Shown here one piece after another: positions 12,701-27,700 of a DNA stretch of 64,000 nt. The stretch is taken from NCBI RefSeq assembly GCF_037042905.1, contig NC_087245.1, forward strand, positions 15,936,001-16,000,000. Reading direction: 5' to 3'. This stretch comes from Lytechinus pictus. Lineage: Eukaryota. Under the pieces are notes generated by a model that was not told the origin of the DNA, made no database searches, and was given only the letters and a program-made list of their open reading frames with translations. The translations under genes were made by a program, and so were the position numbers. The first letter of the stretch is position 1. The number at the start of each line of letters is the position of its first letter.

Positions 12701-15700
12701 CTGGTGTACTAAGCCTAAATGCCCCCCTATAGCGCTTAAAAGGCGCCAAATAAAATTGATTTATAGGAAGGTTAGGTGGCACAAGAAATAATCGACTTTA
12801 TCACTAAGAAAATGTAAGTTTTAACTCGAAGAATGTACAATTTTAGATCTCAAAGGGGGGTGTTAAGTTATCACAAAGCGCCTTGCAAAAAATAAAAACC
12901 CATGCATGTATTGATAGAAGTCATCTGGATGATCAAAACTAAAAGAGCAACACAGCATTTGAACATACTTAACGTATATTTAACTATAGGATTATACCCT
13001 AAATTTCAGGGATTTAAGAAAATGTACATGGACCAGCCCAAACACAGGGATTAGATATAAACCTGAAAGATTTGAATTGAAATCAATTTAGATTAAACTT
13101 TAATGGGAGTTAAGTTGTAGAAAAAAGGGTAAGCAGTAGGCCCAGTGTGTTCACGACTCATCATTTTCAAGACAACTACACCTGGACGTTCATATTGCCT
13201 GCTTAATTTGGTGAACAAAAAAAATCTGCTGAAGATTCTGGGCATACAAATGCCTGAAGACTGTTAGAATAATGTGCTTCCAAAGAAGTATGATCATTAT
13301 CAACTCCCAGAAACTCAACGTTTCCTCCTAGTACCTAGAATCGCATGGGTGTCAACGTGATTTTGTCGTGCCTTAATCTCAACAATCAAAAGTCCTCTGT
13401 TGTCATTGTTTAATCGTCGCCTAAGAGATAAAAGGGACAATATCCTAAAATCGATCTATTTGTAATGGGTGATTGGTGATGCAAGCCCAGTCAGTTATTG
13501 TTGGACTGTAGTGATCAATCTTTTATTGTTAAAGAGGTTCATCAGTCGGTGGTGTCTTGAAACATTAAATGGTGTCATGCGATGTCAAATCATTGGCAAT
13601 AAAATCTATTTTGTTAAGTCAGTGATGGAGCCTCCTATTACTACTTTTCTCCGAACGAGTACGCAAGAAAGACAATAGAACATAAAATAATGCACTCTAT
13701 TTTTTTCGTATGTATTGGATAATGGAGCTAAAGGATATATTTTTAAGATATCAATGTGAAAATTTGTTTTGTCGGTTGGGACAAAAAGTACAATTTGCAA
13801 ATGAGGGTTTAAAACTTATGTCTGTATATATGTACAACTGAACGAATTATGCCAACTGTAATCTGGCAATGCCCTAGTACTTGCACGATTATTGAACTCA
13901 AATGGGTAGGGAAGATTTAGTATGTATAGGTTGTCATCTTTAGCGAGTTTCGAATCCCAAACCTTCCATCTCTCCTCGTTTTGTAAGATTCTTTGATCTA
14001 CTTCTTATTTAGAGTTTTCATCCTATACACTGGTCAGCGATTTCCGAGGAGGAAAATGGGAGTCCCCTGTACTTTGAAATGAAAGTAATACTCTGTCAAG
14101 ACTTAGCCAAGATCTGAAGGTCACTTGCTAAGTCACTCTATTCACAAGCATGACCTTTGCGTAAACGGCATCTTTAATCTAAGACACGTATTAAGTAGGA
14201 CACTTAATCCCTTTGCTATGGTTACACGAACATCTTCCCGACATGCCCATGCATCAATATGGGAGATATGACTAATAGTTTAAGCAACAAGAAAAATAGT
14301 AAACCTGTGCCATAATGTAGTATTATAATATTTGATTTTGCTGTTGATTGTTGACAAAATAATGTATTCATGTTGACTGGTGGTGGTATTTACAATCCCC
14401 TTCAGAAGTGGAGGCATGTATTCTGGACCATGAGCTAATATTAATATCTTGGATGTCCGCCCATTATCACTGGGAAATCATTCAACCAAAGGTTCATGCA
14501 CCGGTATCGATTATAGACCAATAATTGTATAAATCAATAATTGGGAAAGCTATTACCCTTGACTAGTGTTTAAGAACGGTATCTCAATGGGATTATGAAG
14601 TTTTCTTTTCACGCACATTGGTCTAATCGCGCACAATCCCCTTCATTAAATCTTCTCCGAATTCCTTAACCAATAAAAGAGATCAACTGAGATGTATTTC
14701 TTGGCACTTGGTCAATATTGACGACCTATTGACATAATTCATGTAACCCATTTGAAAACCGACAAGTGATTTTACGAAATTTGAAAATAATGAATTATTG
14801 TATGTAAAATTGCACATTTCAAAATAAAGGGGTCGTGGGTAGACCAAAAGGGTGGCAGGATTAGGTGTCACTTGGTAACATAAAGCAAGTTTAGCCAATA
14901 TATAAAATTAATTGCATTTACGGTCTATATTTTCAATTAAATGTGATCACCCAGGAGATCACATTCGCAAAAACATAAATGTCATAGCATTTCAAGAACA
15001 TCGGAGAATGTATATAAGACTGTGTTTGGCAGAAGTAGGATGATGATTTTATGATAGGACGTTCCTCTGACATCTATCTCATTGCTTCTTGATAACCTCT
15101 TATTACTTGTTTCCATGGAGGACTTGATGTTTCCATCCTGATCAAGATCGATCAACACCTGACCCAGAATCGGCATAAGAGTTGACATCTTCAATCCACT
15201 TATGCACACCTGATCGGAGCAGAAAATTCGGTGGCGCCACGGTGACCATGATGTATTCCACGTGCTTTCACGCCTAATCGGCACGATGTCCTTAATTAAT
15301 ACCCACTATCTCCTTACAAAACCTTAACAAAACATGTCGTTGCATCACTTTCCAGTAAAGGCTCCAGTCAAGAATATCGACTATTAGGTCTGCTGTCTGT
15401 ATAGATGTGGCTTTTAATTATAATTCTTTTTCTGATCACCGATCAATTTTAATCGTTTATTTTTTTGTTTAAAACTTTCTATAATTTGGTCCATCTTTTT
15501 CACAGATGATTATTTACCTGTCATCAACCTAAGTTCAATATCATAGACGGCCCGGCCAAAGATGTGTTTTCGAATAGTTTAGTTAACACGATTAATATTT
15601 TTTTTCTGTTCAGAAAAAACCCATAAAGGCCTAATCTAGAAATTTATATATCCATAGTAATATTCACACCGCTAATGTTGCATTTTTTCTGTTGCGAATC

Positions 15701-18700
15701 AACTAATTCTGAACCATCAAAGAGCTTGGAAAATTCTTGATAATATTTGCACATATACAGCGAATAGTCTATTTGCCAGTGATATTTGGTCGTTTGATTC
15801 CAACATCATAAATACAATCGCTTCTTAGTCTAGTTATGGTCAATTATTTGGCGTGCATGACCCTTAAAATAATGGTCTCTGGAAATGACACGCTGAGGGG
15901 TGTAAAAACCGTTCCGCTTCACATCGGCATACGGCGATAAGTAACAAAGGACAATCGATAAATAGTTTGTTTGATCAACTGAAATGGATGATCACATCCG
16001 AGGCCCCCAGAAGATTCAAGACAGAAGAAACATGAAATCTTTCTCCTCCTTTGTTTCAATTTGAAATTGATTTGTTGGTGGGGGTGCTCTGTGTGGTGTA
16101 TGAGGCTCAGGGTCGGAGAGTTAATCTTAAGAGCTGATAATTATCAGGGGATTCGTAGGATTATGGTGTGTCCCCTAAATTAAGAAAGTGGAAGACGTTC
16201 GTTGACCCAATATCAATAATTTCCTCTTCCGAAATAGATGTACAGACTGTATTTCGAAGTAAAGCTTTTATTTGTGGATCCCAAACTGTCTTCCAGATAT
16301 CTATTTTGATTCATGCCAGTCGATCACGCATGGGCGTTGTTGTTATCTGCCAAATGATGATTAGTGTTAGCTATGGAATCATTACCCAATCAATATGGGG
16401 AGGAATTCGAAATATTCATTTGCCCCCCCCCCCCCTCTGGAGTTTATCAACCTTTTAATTTGTTCTTTCTCCTGCCTCTCTCCGTCTCTAGATGTCTCTC
16501 TTTCTCTTGATTGGTTTTTACAGGTTCTACCTCTCATTCTCTCATCAAGTCTATCTCTCTCCCAACCCATCTATCTCACCACCTCTCTCTGTTCTATCTC
16601 TCTGTGTCTCTCACTCTCTTCATCCAGGAACCGACTTCCGATTCCAACTTGATCTAAATCCTCAGTCTAAGTGTTCCCGGGGAAGTTGCCTTTGCCAAAT
16701 CTTAATACAATTTCCACACTATATCTCATGACAGCTGACTTTGCTGAAGTGCATAGGACGAGATGTTAGCCAGAGAAGAAAGGATATTTGACAATGCTTT
16801 TATTTCTTTCATAAGGAAATGACTAATACGGAATACCCTATCTTTTTCAAAGAGGTCGGCCACCCCCCCCCCTCCATGGTCCTTCCTATTTCAGATGTAA
16901 TCGTTTTAACGCTTATCTATCGCATACATGTCATAAAGAACCTGACACAAACCCTCACGAATGTCGAATATTAAGCTCGTGGATCTTGCACAAGAACTGG
17001 ATATGATGATGCAGTTTTTACAGATATTTAAAGCCAATATTCCACAGCAAGTTTATAAAGTATCAGTTTAAGTCCAAACTTATCACATAGTCCCTGACTT
17101 CCTACCCAGAATCCAACATTTTGTTATTTACTCTTGTAATACATGCTCACTTGAACAATGAAAATTGATAAAGTCAATACTCTCGTCCATCCATACCACA
17201 ATTACTTTTCAAGGAATGAAAGGATTATATTATATTTTCAAACATTCTTGTTAAAAAAATACTAAATAGGCTTCCCAACTTCAAATATATATATAGTCGA
17301 ATGTTTTAAGCAAAGAAAGCACATGAGGTTATGGCAGGAACCCCTTCTGTGTGTGGCTGGCCTCTTGAAGGGACATCCTAGATTTTAAAGACAAATCAAC
17401 TAAATCACTAACAAACCACTTACATTACATGAAATTGAACAAAAATATAAGTTCATCCGACATTCTACATGTCACATGATCGGAATATGGAGGAATATAA
17501 GGACATATATGCTCTCTCTCTCTCTCTCTCTAAAGGGTGAGAGGGCGAACAATCAGGTAAGGTCATGCTGCAATGATCCAAATGGCGCCATTTTACCACT
17601 CTCAAGAACCGAAAATCTTTGGCCTATGTGAGAAAAATTCTAAAATGCAGTTTTCAGAAAAGTACAAGTAGTGATTGGCTTCCATCATGTCTATACTGTA
17701 GTGCTTGGAATTGAAAAGAGGTGCACCCTTACCGTTTCACACTCAAGATCCAAACGACACTCTTCCACTCTGCATCGTACAAGTCCGTTGTTACAGCTGC
17801 AGGATTCACACACAGATTGATGCCACACGTCACCATCCTACAAATGTTACAAAAATGTTAAGAAAGCTCGGTCAACAGTAAGAGGGATCGGAATATGACG
17901 AATGTCAAGGTGAAATGCAATCGTTTTTTTTTCACTGTGTTAACTACTCACTAAAGACATAACCAGGGGGCGTGAGGTATTGCACGTGATTAGAGTTTTA
18001 GTCTAATCTAATGCATTATCAAATGATGACAAAATTGAATTTGAAATGAGAGTTTGAAGGAAGCTGAAGAGAATGTCATGGAACTAAAGTAGTATAGTAT
18101 ACTTTATAACCAAATAAAGAAGAAGGCGTATTGGGGTATAGGAGGAGAAAAAGAAGGGGTGGGAGAAGACGAGAAAGAGAGGAGAAGAAAACTAGAACAA
18201 ATTTAATAGAAGTAGAAGAAGAAGAAGGAGGAGGAGGAGGAGGAGGAGGAGGAGGAGGAGAATAAGAAGGAGAAGAAATATAAGAAAAAGAAGAGGAGGA
18301 GGAGAAGTGGGAAGGGGATGCGACAGAGAATGAAATTATGAAAAGGCCTACCTGATATTTGGTCCCGTTGACGTCACACACTAAAGGTTCGCAGCGAGGA
18401 CAGCAGTCGTCCTCTCCCTGTACAACATTGCCCGACGGACAGTTTAATGCTGACGGACAGGTTTCTCTATGACACATAACTGTTGACTCCTATTAAAAAA
18501 ATAGAAACCATAAGCATACAATTTCTCAAGAGTTGTCAACAATAACCAAATATCCTGAATTAAAAGCAAATATACAAAATGCAACAATAAATTGCATAAC
18601 TGTAAACCTTATGATAAATCTATACTAGAAATCCTGCACAGTTAAAAGAACAGAAGTATGATCAATACCAAACTTAATAAACGAAAGACTAGCGAAACAT

Positions 18701-21700
18701 ATTATACGAATATTCGAACCGTCAATTCTTAAGACGGTATATCAATAAAAGACTAAGAGAAGAAAGGATTTTAATTTCATCTTCTTTTGTTATGTCATAC
18801 TACCCCAGTCTGCTGTCAATCGTTAGAATAGCATATACTATCTTCTTCTTTTTTTCCAAAAAAAGGTATAATGTTCTGCAATATTAATTTCATCTTCAAA
18901 CTCTTGTGATAGAAGTAGGTTGTCAGTTTTAAAGTATTTTCAAGGGATTAAGCACACTCGCGTCTATCTCGTTTGATATGTCGGGCCAAAAATAAAAGGG
19001 GCCCCTTCGATTCTGAAACAAGCAGAACTTTCCCCTCAGCTTTGCACTTCTTCCTTAGAAAGTGTCTCCCAGAAGACAAAAGGTGACGAAGGATACAATC
19101 TTGCTCTAAGCGAAAGAGATAATTCAATACATGATCTACGTCCTGGCTCATACTATTGTTTCTAAACGACAAAATGTGTTAAGTCGGTCGTCAACTTTTT
19201 TTTCTGGAGCGGCCTTTACCCGGATGCACATTGGGCAAAGCTTGTTTCGATCAGGAACTTCGTTCCAGATACTACATGACCGGTCAGTGACAAATTATTG
19301 GTCAGAGCTGCATCCTTGTTTGTGAATTAATATTGTTGTTTAATCAAAGCCCGAACAATAAACATCTGATAACCACTTCAGGTTTCAAATTGTGACATAA
19401 TGAGGTCAAAATGATCATGGGTGTAAGTTAAGAATTATTTTTGAAAATTAAAACATTTTCAACGATAAAAACAAACGTCAGTACTATTCCGTAGAATACA
19501 ATGGTGCTCGAGACTTTCACGGTTAACATAAGCAAAATATGAACATAAACTCTCGTGAAAAGAAAAAAAATATCACTTTGTACTTAGATATTAGGGTAAC
19601 CTTTACGCTGGTAAGAAACACAAAATTCCACACGCCCTCAGCAAAGAGCAACATAAGCCAGTCCCCATATATTTAATCCCTTATAATCTCTCGACATTTC
19701 CTACACTTTCTGGGTCAAGATCGGTTTCTTAATCCGGATGACTTTTAAAAACACATTTGAAAAACGGGAGTGTTTTACGAACGAGCAAACAAACGATGAA
19801 ATGGATAATTTCATTTTATGAACGCAAGTTGGTTAGCACCATTGTCCTTTTTTTAAATCATGATAACGTCGATCATCGTCAGTACCATCTCCTTTATATA
19901 CATCAGCAGGATGGTGTTCATCACCATCGTCATCCATCTTGACGATCACCATGATCATCATAATCATCACCATCATCATTGCAACCATGGAGGTTGACAT
20001 GACCATGATCACAATCATCTTCACGATCATCATAATCATTATTAAAATCATCATCACAACCTTCACCATTATGATTTCCATTATTCCTACATTCCTGTTA
20101 AAGCGCTAGTAAGACAAATGGTTTTACGATTTGTTGCCCTTAATAGGCCTGTTCATCTTTATCTATACCCTTCCCTTATAGCCCACTCCCCCAACCACAT
20201 CTCCCAGCTTTCCCCCTCCTTTCTTTATTCGTTTACACATAAAGTAAGCTTTCATCTCCATATTTTAAATTCCATATGTGAAAATCAATACGACAAATCA
20301 AATCGGATACCATTCTGCATACGTACACCTACGCAAATGCATTTATTCAGAATACAAATATACTCTACTTGAAGAATCAAAAAGCCTTTTATTTCACTAA
20401 AACATGATAATATATATAGTGCTCTATAGCGATGACATTTCCGTGTTACCCGCCGAATAATCCGAACATCTAACGCGGATGACGAAATATGCCTTCGATA
20501 GGCAATTGCAGAGGAAATCCGAACATCGTCTACGCTTGTGGAAAAAATCGTCTTCTTTGGGTAATTAGGAACGATAATTAAAAGCGGAAACGAATTATTA
20601 GGAAGGCGGAAAAGGGAAGCAGGTTGTGAATGATCCATGGAACTTACCAAACAAACGCACTTGGTGCACTTGTCTTTGAAGACGGTCTGTCCTGCGTCAA
20701 AGATATTGTTTCGGAAGAGACACCTGTCTCCGAGATCAAACACTTTCCGTTGAGCTGCAATTTGGGGAAAATGTATCGTAGGTGAAACGAAGAACGTGAT
20801 TTTAGCTTGGGATTTCAATACGATTCGATGCAAGCTCCTCAAAATTTAAATCTTATTTGATAAATGGTAAAAATAAGTTTCAACAATATAATGTCGGTGG
20901 CTTATGACAATCCGAGCAAATCGGTTATTCCAGATTTATGAACATCTTAGAAGTATACAGATGACAATGTTTCCTTTCTAAATATACAGCTTTAACGTTT
21001 AATGGAACAGTAGTTTTAGATCATCTGCCCACCCTATACTCCTAGCTGATCACACGTAAAGTGTATTTGTCTTTCTATACACAAAAGTATAGCATTTATA
21101 GCAAAGTTTGACGCAGTGTTACCTACACTGGATGATACAGTGATCTAAAAGCGGTGTCTCTGTAACTGCTTATTCAAACTCAGTTTACAGTTAGTTGTTT
21201 ATACTTTGCACTCACATTATAGCCTAATACAAGTCAACTGTCAAAATGGCGCACAGAAGATCACAAATGACGCAACCCCCAAAATGACGGTTGATTGATT
21301 GATTGATAAAAAAATTAACGACACTATCAACACATGCGTGTCATATAATGACGGTTGAATATCGGAGATAAGAACTTACCGACACATTTTGGGCAGCATT
21401 TTCCCTCTGGTGTTTCGACTTGGTATTCGGGGCAAGAAAGGACGGGGCAAGTTTGTTTAGAACACGTGACTCTTCCATTCTACAAAAAGAGGAGAATAAC
21501 AAGGTGACGAAGCCGTGAGAGTTAGATAAATAACCAGGTATAGATTGATGGAACAGAGGCAGTGCAAATACGAATAAATGATAAAGATACAGAATGTCGG
21601 AGAAGATATAGCGTGTTATATTTCAATATTAACACAATGTAAGGGTACGAAAGCAAAGCGTTAACTTTGTTTTACTGTATATCAATTTTCCCAATGATTC

Positions 21701-24700
21701 AATTTCGTATCACTGATGTGACCCAATGAACTATGTCGCTTTACCTGCTATAATGGAGTCAGATAGCTAGATAATGAACGTGGGTTTCCCCTTCGTTCAC
21801 GACACGTTTTCTTCTCGTTCGATACATGAATTCTGCAGTAGTATCAACTAAAGTCCCTTAGAAATGATTACGGCACGAAATATGAAAAGCGTCAAATTGG
21901 CAACGCTTTGATTCATCATGCTTACTTCACAGACGCATTCCGTGCAAGGATCGGAATCTCGGGAAAACTTCTCACCATCGGCTCGTAGTCTTCCATCTAC
22001 AAAGCAACCTAGAGTTCAAATGAAGAATATGAGATGGAAGATTAGCAAAAGGAAGGTAATGGTGAGAGAGGACAGAAGGAGAGAAGAACATACATGTAAA
22101 TTGAAGGAGAGAAGAGAAGGGCAATCACAAGACGAAAAAATGAAAATAAAGAAGTGGTATGAGACGACAATAATGACGAAAAGTAGATTAAATTCAAAGG
22201 ATGACGATTATGATGATGGATAAAATGGTGTAAATGGTGATGATGGTGACCATACTGACAATGATGATGATGATGATGATGATTTACGAGAACAATTCCA
22301 AGAAGAATAAAGCGGAGAAGAAATATGAAGAATACTACCAAAACAAATAGAACAAAAGCAATTTATACAATAACCACAGGGGATTTAAAACGATGGTATA
22401 ATGAACAAAAGGGTAAAGATGATTGTATTCACACAGTCGTGGTGGTTACCAACTATTTCAGTTATTTCTATAATTATCATTTCTATATTTGTTTTTAATC
22501 TATTTCATTGGTGGTTTGTCCAGGGTTCCCCAAGATCGGTGAAGTTCACCAGAGCTGATCGATTTGGAATAATATGAAATGATTGTCAAAACATGGCTTG
22601 GATGGATGCGGCTCGTTCCACGCGTATTATCCAGGGGTTTTCTGACACAGTCAGGCGCATCCGTATACAAGCACAATTTTCAAAAGAAATTCCCTACGAA
22701 TGACGGCGACCCGACTACCAATGCGCCGGGTTGGCGCGGGGGCAACGTCGGTCCTCGGTTTTCCCCCAAACACTGCCTCGATACTCCCATTTTTAAACTG
22801 TAATTTGTCTTGTACCTTGGAAACAAACCTCAATTTCTTTTATCCATTCAGTAATTGGGTTTTTCAGTTTGCCTTTTGTAATGAAGATGGGGGACTGATT
22901 TCAAACAATGTGACTGCAATATCGAAGGGCTTTCACGGGGATTTAGTTTTTAATGCAGCTTTAATCTGCAGATATGCCGGTGTAGCCATGGCATACTGAG
23001 TAGTAATGCGTGCGTGTCATCACCAAATTCATGGATACCTAAAATGCAATTCATCATCCTCTTCAAACGAAAGATGTCATTTCATTTTTAGGACTTTTGT
23101 TACATCTGATAATCCCTCGTCATTTTTCTTTACCATGTCCCCTTTCTTTCTTTCTTTATTTTTAGAGCACAGCTTGAAAATAGAAAACAGTTTTTATATA
23201 AAAAAACGGCCCGCTATATGCTATCAGGCAGTCACTATGTTCCCTGCAAAAAGGCATATTGCTAAAGTGTCATTATCATATAATCTATTCAAAAATATCA
23301 CCACTTAACAGCCTGGCGCCATAGAGCTGGCGTGCTCATTATGATTTATAATACAGCGCCTTTCCCAAATACAAATTTGGATGCATTCGAGATTTAAATA
23401 GCGAGTACGCGACACGCGATTTCATTCATGAGGCGGGCCCAATTTGTGTTTTCGTAAATCGTACATTTACCTCGCCAATATCTACAAATTATCCACTGTG
23501 ATGACTAAAAATTACGACAAACATATTCGTAAAAAGAGAGAAGCAAATATTATTCCATATGAAGCAGGTGCCCTAAGCGAGCCCCCAGCGCTGTCTCGCT
23601 GAATAATGCCTTCTACAGACAATTTACTCCAATGATTACGGTTTAGATTGCCATTTTATATCCATCGTTTTGAAGATAAACATTTTGGTTATGACTTGAC
23701 AATTTGTTGGAAAAATCTGATTGAATAGAACGTTTAATTTATTCCCAAAAGGGACCCTGAAAACATCGAACAAACATTGATATGAATTCATCTAATGTGG
23801 AAAGTCTATTGGGACTCCGGCCTCACATCAAATCTATTATGCCTTATTTATTGTGTTAGCATTGATTTGAGAAAAAACTCTAATCTACAAGTGTAATGGG
23901 TAAATAACCTATTCCAGCTAAATGTCATCTAATTGTTTACCTTAAAATTTAGTTTAAAAAAAAGAAGCTATTTTCATTTAGCTGTGTTTTCAAATTTCAG
24001 AATCAATTAGCTTGATGATCCTTAATCTCTACTTCAAACCAACAACGTTTGCCTTCTAGACATGCCGGTGCTTTCTTGGAAGTTTTTGGATGAACTTTTG
24101 CGTGGCTTAAGAATTCCAAAAATTAAACTCCATTCCACAAAACGTTCATCGCTCAATGTCCCACATTAAGTACTGAGTATTAGAAAGTAAATATAGAGCC
24201 CCTATATCTATATCAGTAAGAGTTTCGACATCTACGTTTGATATCTATTTTGTACTAAAAAAGGCAAGTATGTGCACAATATCTTGAATAGATGTATTGA
24301 CTAATGATAAACCCAAAGTGAGAGTAAAATCACGATTTGATACTTGATGATCTTGATAACCTGTGCGTGGTGATATGTGGGGGTAACGACACAGAAGTGA
24401 GTAGCTTCTTACCTGTACATGAAGGACAGCATTGCCCAGGCAACACTTGAGAGCCGAAAGGACAGTCGATTGGTTCACACTGCGTGACGGATGCTGTTAT
24501 AACGCCCTCCTACAATATGAACGATAGAGGAAAATAAATCAACGAAAATCATGTGACGAAAAAAGATTATACCACTGTTGAATCAAAATATAATTGTTGG
24601 GTTGGTTATCATTGAAGATTTTGATAGTGTGATAGTGATGGGTTATCGTCATCCTCATCTTCATGGGCTTTTAAAGATCACAATCCCCATCATCATCACC

Positions 24701-27700
24701 TTCATCATCATTACCTTCATAACCTTCATCATCGTCGTCATCATCATCACCTTCATAACCTTCATCATCGTCGTCATCATCATCATCATCCTCATCATCA
24801 TCATCATCATCACACACTACCACCACCGCCACCACCACAACCATCACCATCATCGTCATCACATTCATCATCATCATCATTCATCAACATCATCATCATC
24901 ATCATTAATCAACATCATCATATCATAAACATCAGTGTCATCATCATCACCACCATTACCATGAATATTGCCATCACCACCAGCAGCAAGATGCAATCGG
25001 TGATAACATCGTCAGCATGATCATTTATATTGCAAGCATCCCATGTAGATTATCATCGCCAAACGATGACGGTGACAATGAAAATTATTGGCAATGATGA
25101 TGTTGGCGATGATCACCATTATTCAGAAATTTGACCATTATGTGTGTCATTTCTTTAAATGTTTAGATGTTTAAGATAAAATGGAATCACTGTATAAAGG
25201 TGGCATATGCTGTAAACACGAATAGCCAACAGACTTTACGTCCCAAGGAAAGACCAGGATTAAATTGACAGGTTCAATGAATCAGTATATTCTTCCTTCG
25301 ATGAGAGCCTATTGCCAAAGTATTCTTAGATATTTTTATCTAATAAGAGGTAATAGCACCGTGACAAATCTCACTAAAGTCGGAATTGTGTGACTCAAAA
25401 GACGATAGGGATGAAGTCACCTAATTGTAACGGTTTGATTCTCCGCACTTTTTTCTTCTCCCAATATCTTCATTAACTAAATGAGGCTAGAGACGACCAC
25501 AGGTGTCCGACCGAAGGAAGTATCAAATTTGTCAACTCTGATCCGACACAGACAGCTTATGTCTTTTCCGTCACGATGAAAATGGGTTTCCGCTTGTCAT
25601 GATTACGGAACGATTGTCATTTTATGTCAAACAGGTCTCACGACAAATGGAAATGGATTTGATCGAGTTTCAACTACAGGATTTCCATTACTCATGCAAT
25701 CAAAAAAGTTCAAGAAGGTCAGTGTACCAGTATATTCAAGGGAGTAGTCTTCGAGAAGTATGACATAATACACGATATATGAAGCAGCGCGAAGCAACAT
25801 TGTTGGTCTCTTGAATTTCGAAAACCATAATGGTCTGTATTTTTTTTTCAAATAACAAGAAATTTGATCGCCTTTCATGATCTATCCTGAATCAAAACAA
25901 CTATTAAAAATTGACCGATTGTGTTTCATTATTTTATCTCAAACAATGGTATATTCATCCTATCCGTGGATCTGCACCAGTAGCAATTATCTTAATCTGT
26001 AATCGAACATATCGAAAGTGCGAGTTGTGTACGTCTACCATATGATTACGTCATTATGCCCTATACGATCAGTCTTGGGTAGGCCTATATATAGAATGAA
26101 TTCGCATAGTCCAACATGACTCAATCTAAAGAACATTCGATGCCTAGATTTTGATTTTAGCTCATGGCATTATGGACTTTCAGCAATATGAATATTACAT
26201 TCCTGCACTACGGTTATGAAGGTAGTTTGGTATTGATTTATCTTTCCAATACTACAGCAAAGCAGTGCACCTGCCGTTTAGAAGCGTTTTGTGTCATCGG
26301 ATGACAGTGGCAGGTGGATTCGTGACACATTACTTTGTTAGGGTTAGCTCCTTACCAGAGAAATGACAAAACAGTTTAAAGGTCTGTGTGACATTGGTTT
26401 TATATTAAATATTGTTAGCTAAATTTAGAGATAAAGAATGCAAAATCATGCATGATTACATTATTTACTTCAATAAAATAATGAGTTAATCTACCTATTC
26501 ATTAGATAAAAGTTTATACATTGATTCATTGAAGGAAATTATATGAACATCATTCTTTATATTATTACTTACGGGAAAAAAATATTTAGGTATTGATTGA
26601 TTGAGATAAATAGAGGATTAAAAATACAATTTGTGTGGATGTTGTTGTGATGTGGGTAGTACCTGCTCAGATTGGGCAGAAACTTTGTTAGGGAAATGTT
26701 AGTTTGATTTAAAAAGGATTCTGGAAAAGGAAATCAAATGAGATAAGGAAAAAATGTGGGAATCGAAAGAAAGTGGAGGAATAACAGAAAGAATACGAAC
26801 GGAGGGGGGGGGGGGGTCAAAAAGGAGTAAGGAGTAGAAAAGGGGAAAAAGAATGACACAAATGCGAAAGACAATAGGGACAATAATATGAAGGGAAGAA
26901 TAAACAAGCAAAACAATACCATCAAACGACGAAAAACAAGAAGGCAAACGACAAGTAAGGAAAAAGAAGATGGAAAATATGGATTGAATTCTGTAATATT
27001 TTACAAAAATGTTGTCTAAAGTGACCAATACTACTTACCCGGCATTGAAATGTCCTACACGGGTCATCGTGAGCAGTCCATGTATCACCGCTATTATAAA
27101 TATCACCGTTATACCGACAACCTGGAAAGAAAATAAAATAATGTTATACCAAAGTCGCGTTTTGAAAATGGCGTTAAGACAGCTATCCATATTTCTTGAC
27201 AAAGTGCCTATGTTTAATCATGTGCCAATGACTATGTCCTTGCTCTCAATAGGGTATATTGGACTGAAAGTTGAAGGAACATGGCAACGAGAACAAGTTA
27301 CTGCTCACTGTTTTATGACAAAGTTGGAGGAAAAGTATCCCCCAATTTTTGTTTACTTTAGATATTTGTTCTTATATTTCACTAGACATTTGCATAAAAT
27401 ATATGGATAGATATAACTCCCCTTCATGCCATTGTTATTTAGAAGGTGTATTCAATTGTGATTTTACTAGGACCATGTGATCGACTTATAGAAGTTCATA
27501 CTTTAAGTGTGTAATAACGGTTTGGGTTGATTCAGGGATGCCGTATTGTAGCAGTTTTTTTTATTTCAAGAATTAATCTGACTTTTTATCATCTTCGATC
27601 AAAACTAGTCAAATGTTGGCAAATGACACGACTCGTTAAAACTGTGTTCATAATTCATGCATTTTCATAATTCGAATACAAGATTTTACTAAATGCAAGT

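Noticed and set aside
18076..18351. Poly-Pro/Ser tail of ORF 18076-18477
   Set aside because: Read-through past the exon 9 donor into a (GGA/GAA)n tract.
19757..20081. Met/Ile/Val-rich ORFs
   Set aside because: Degenerate (CAT)n repeat in intron 8.
20285..20842. 185-aa ORF as an independent gene
   Set aside because: Only 20648-20754 is coding (exon 8); the rest is intronic open frame.
24578..24928. His/Ile-rich and Asp-rich ORFs (24578-24928 +, 24671-24880 -)
   Set aside because: Translations of the intronic (CAT)n microsatellite.
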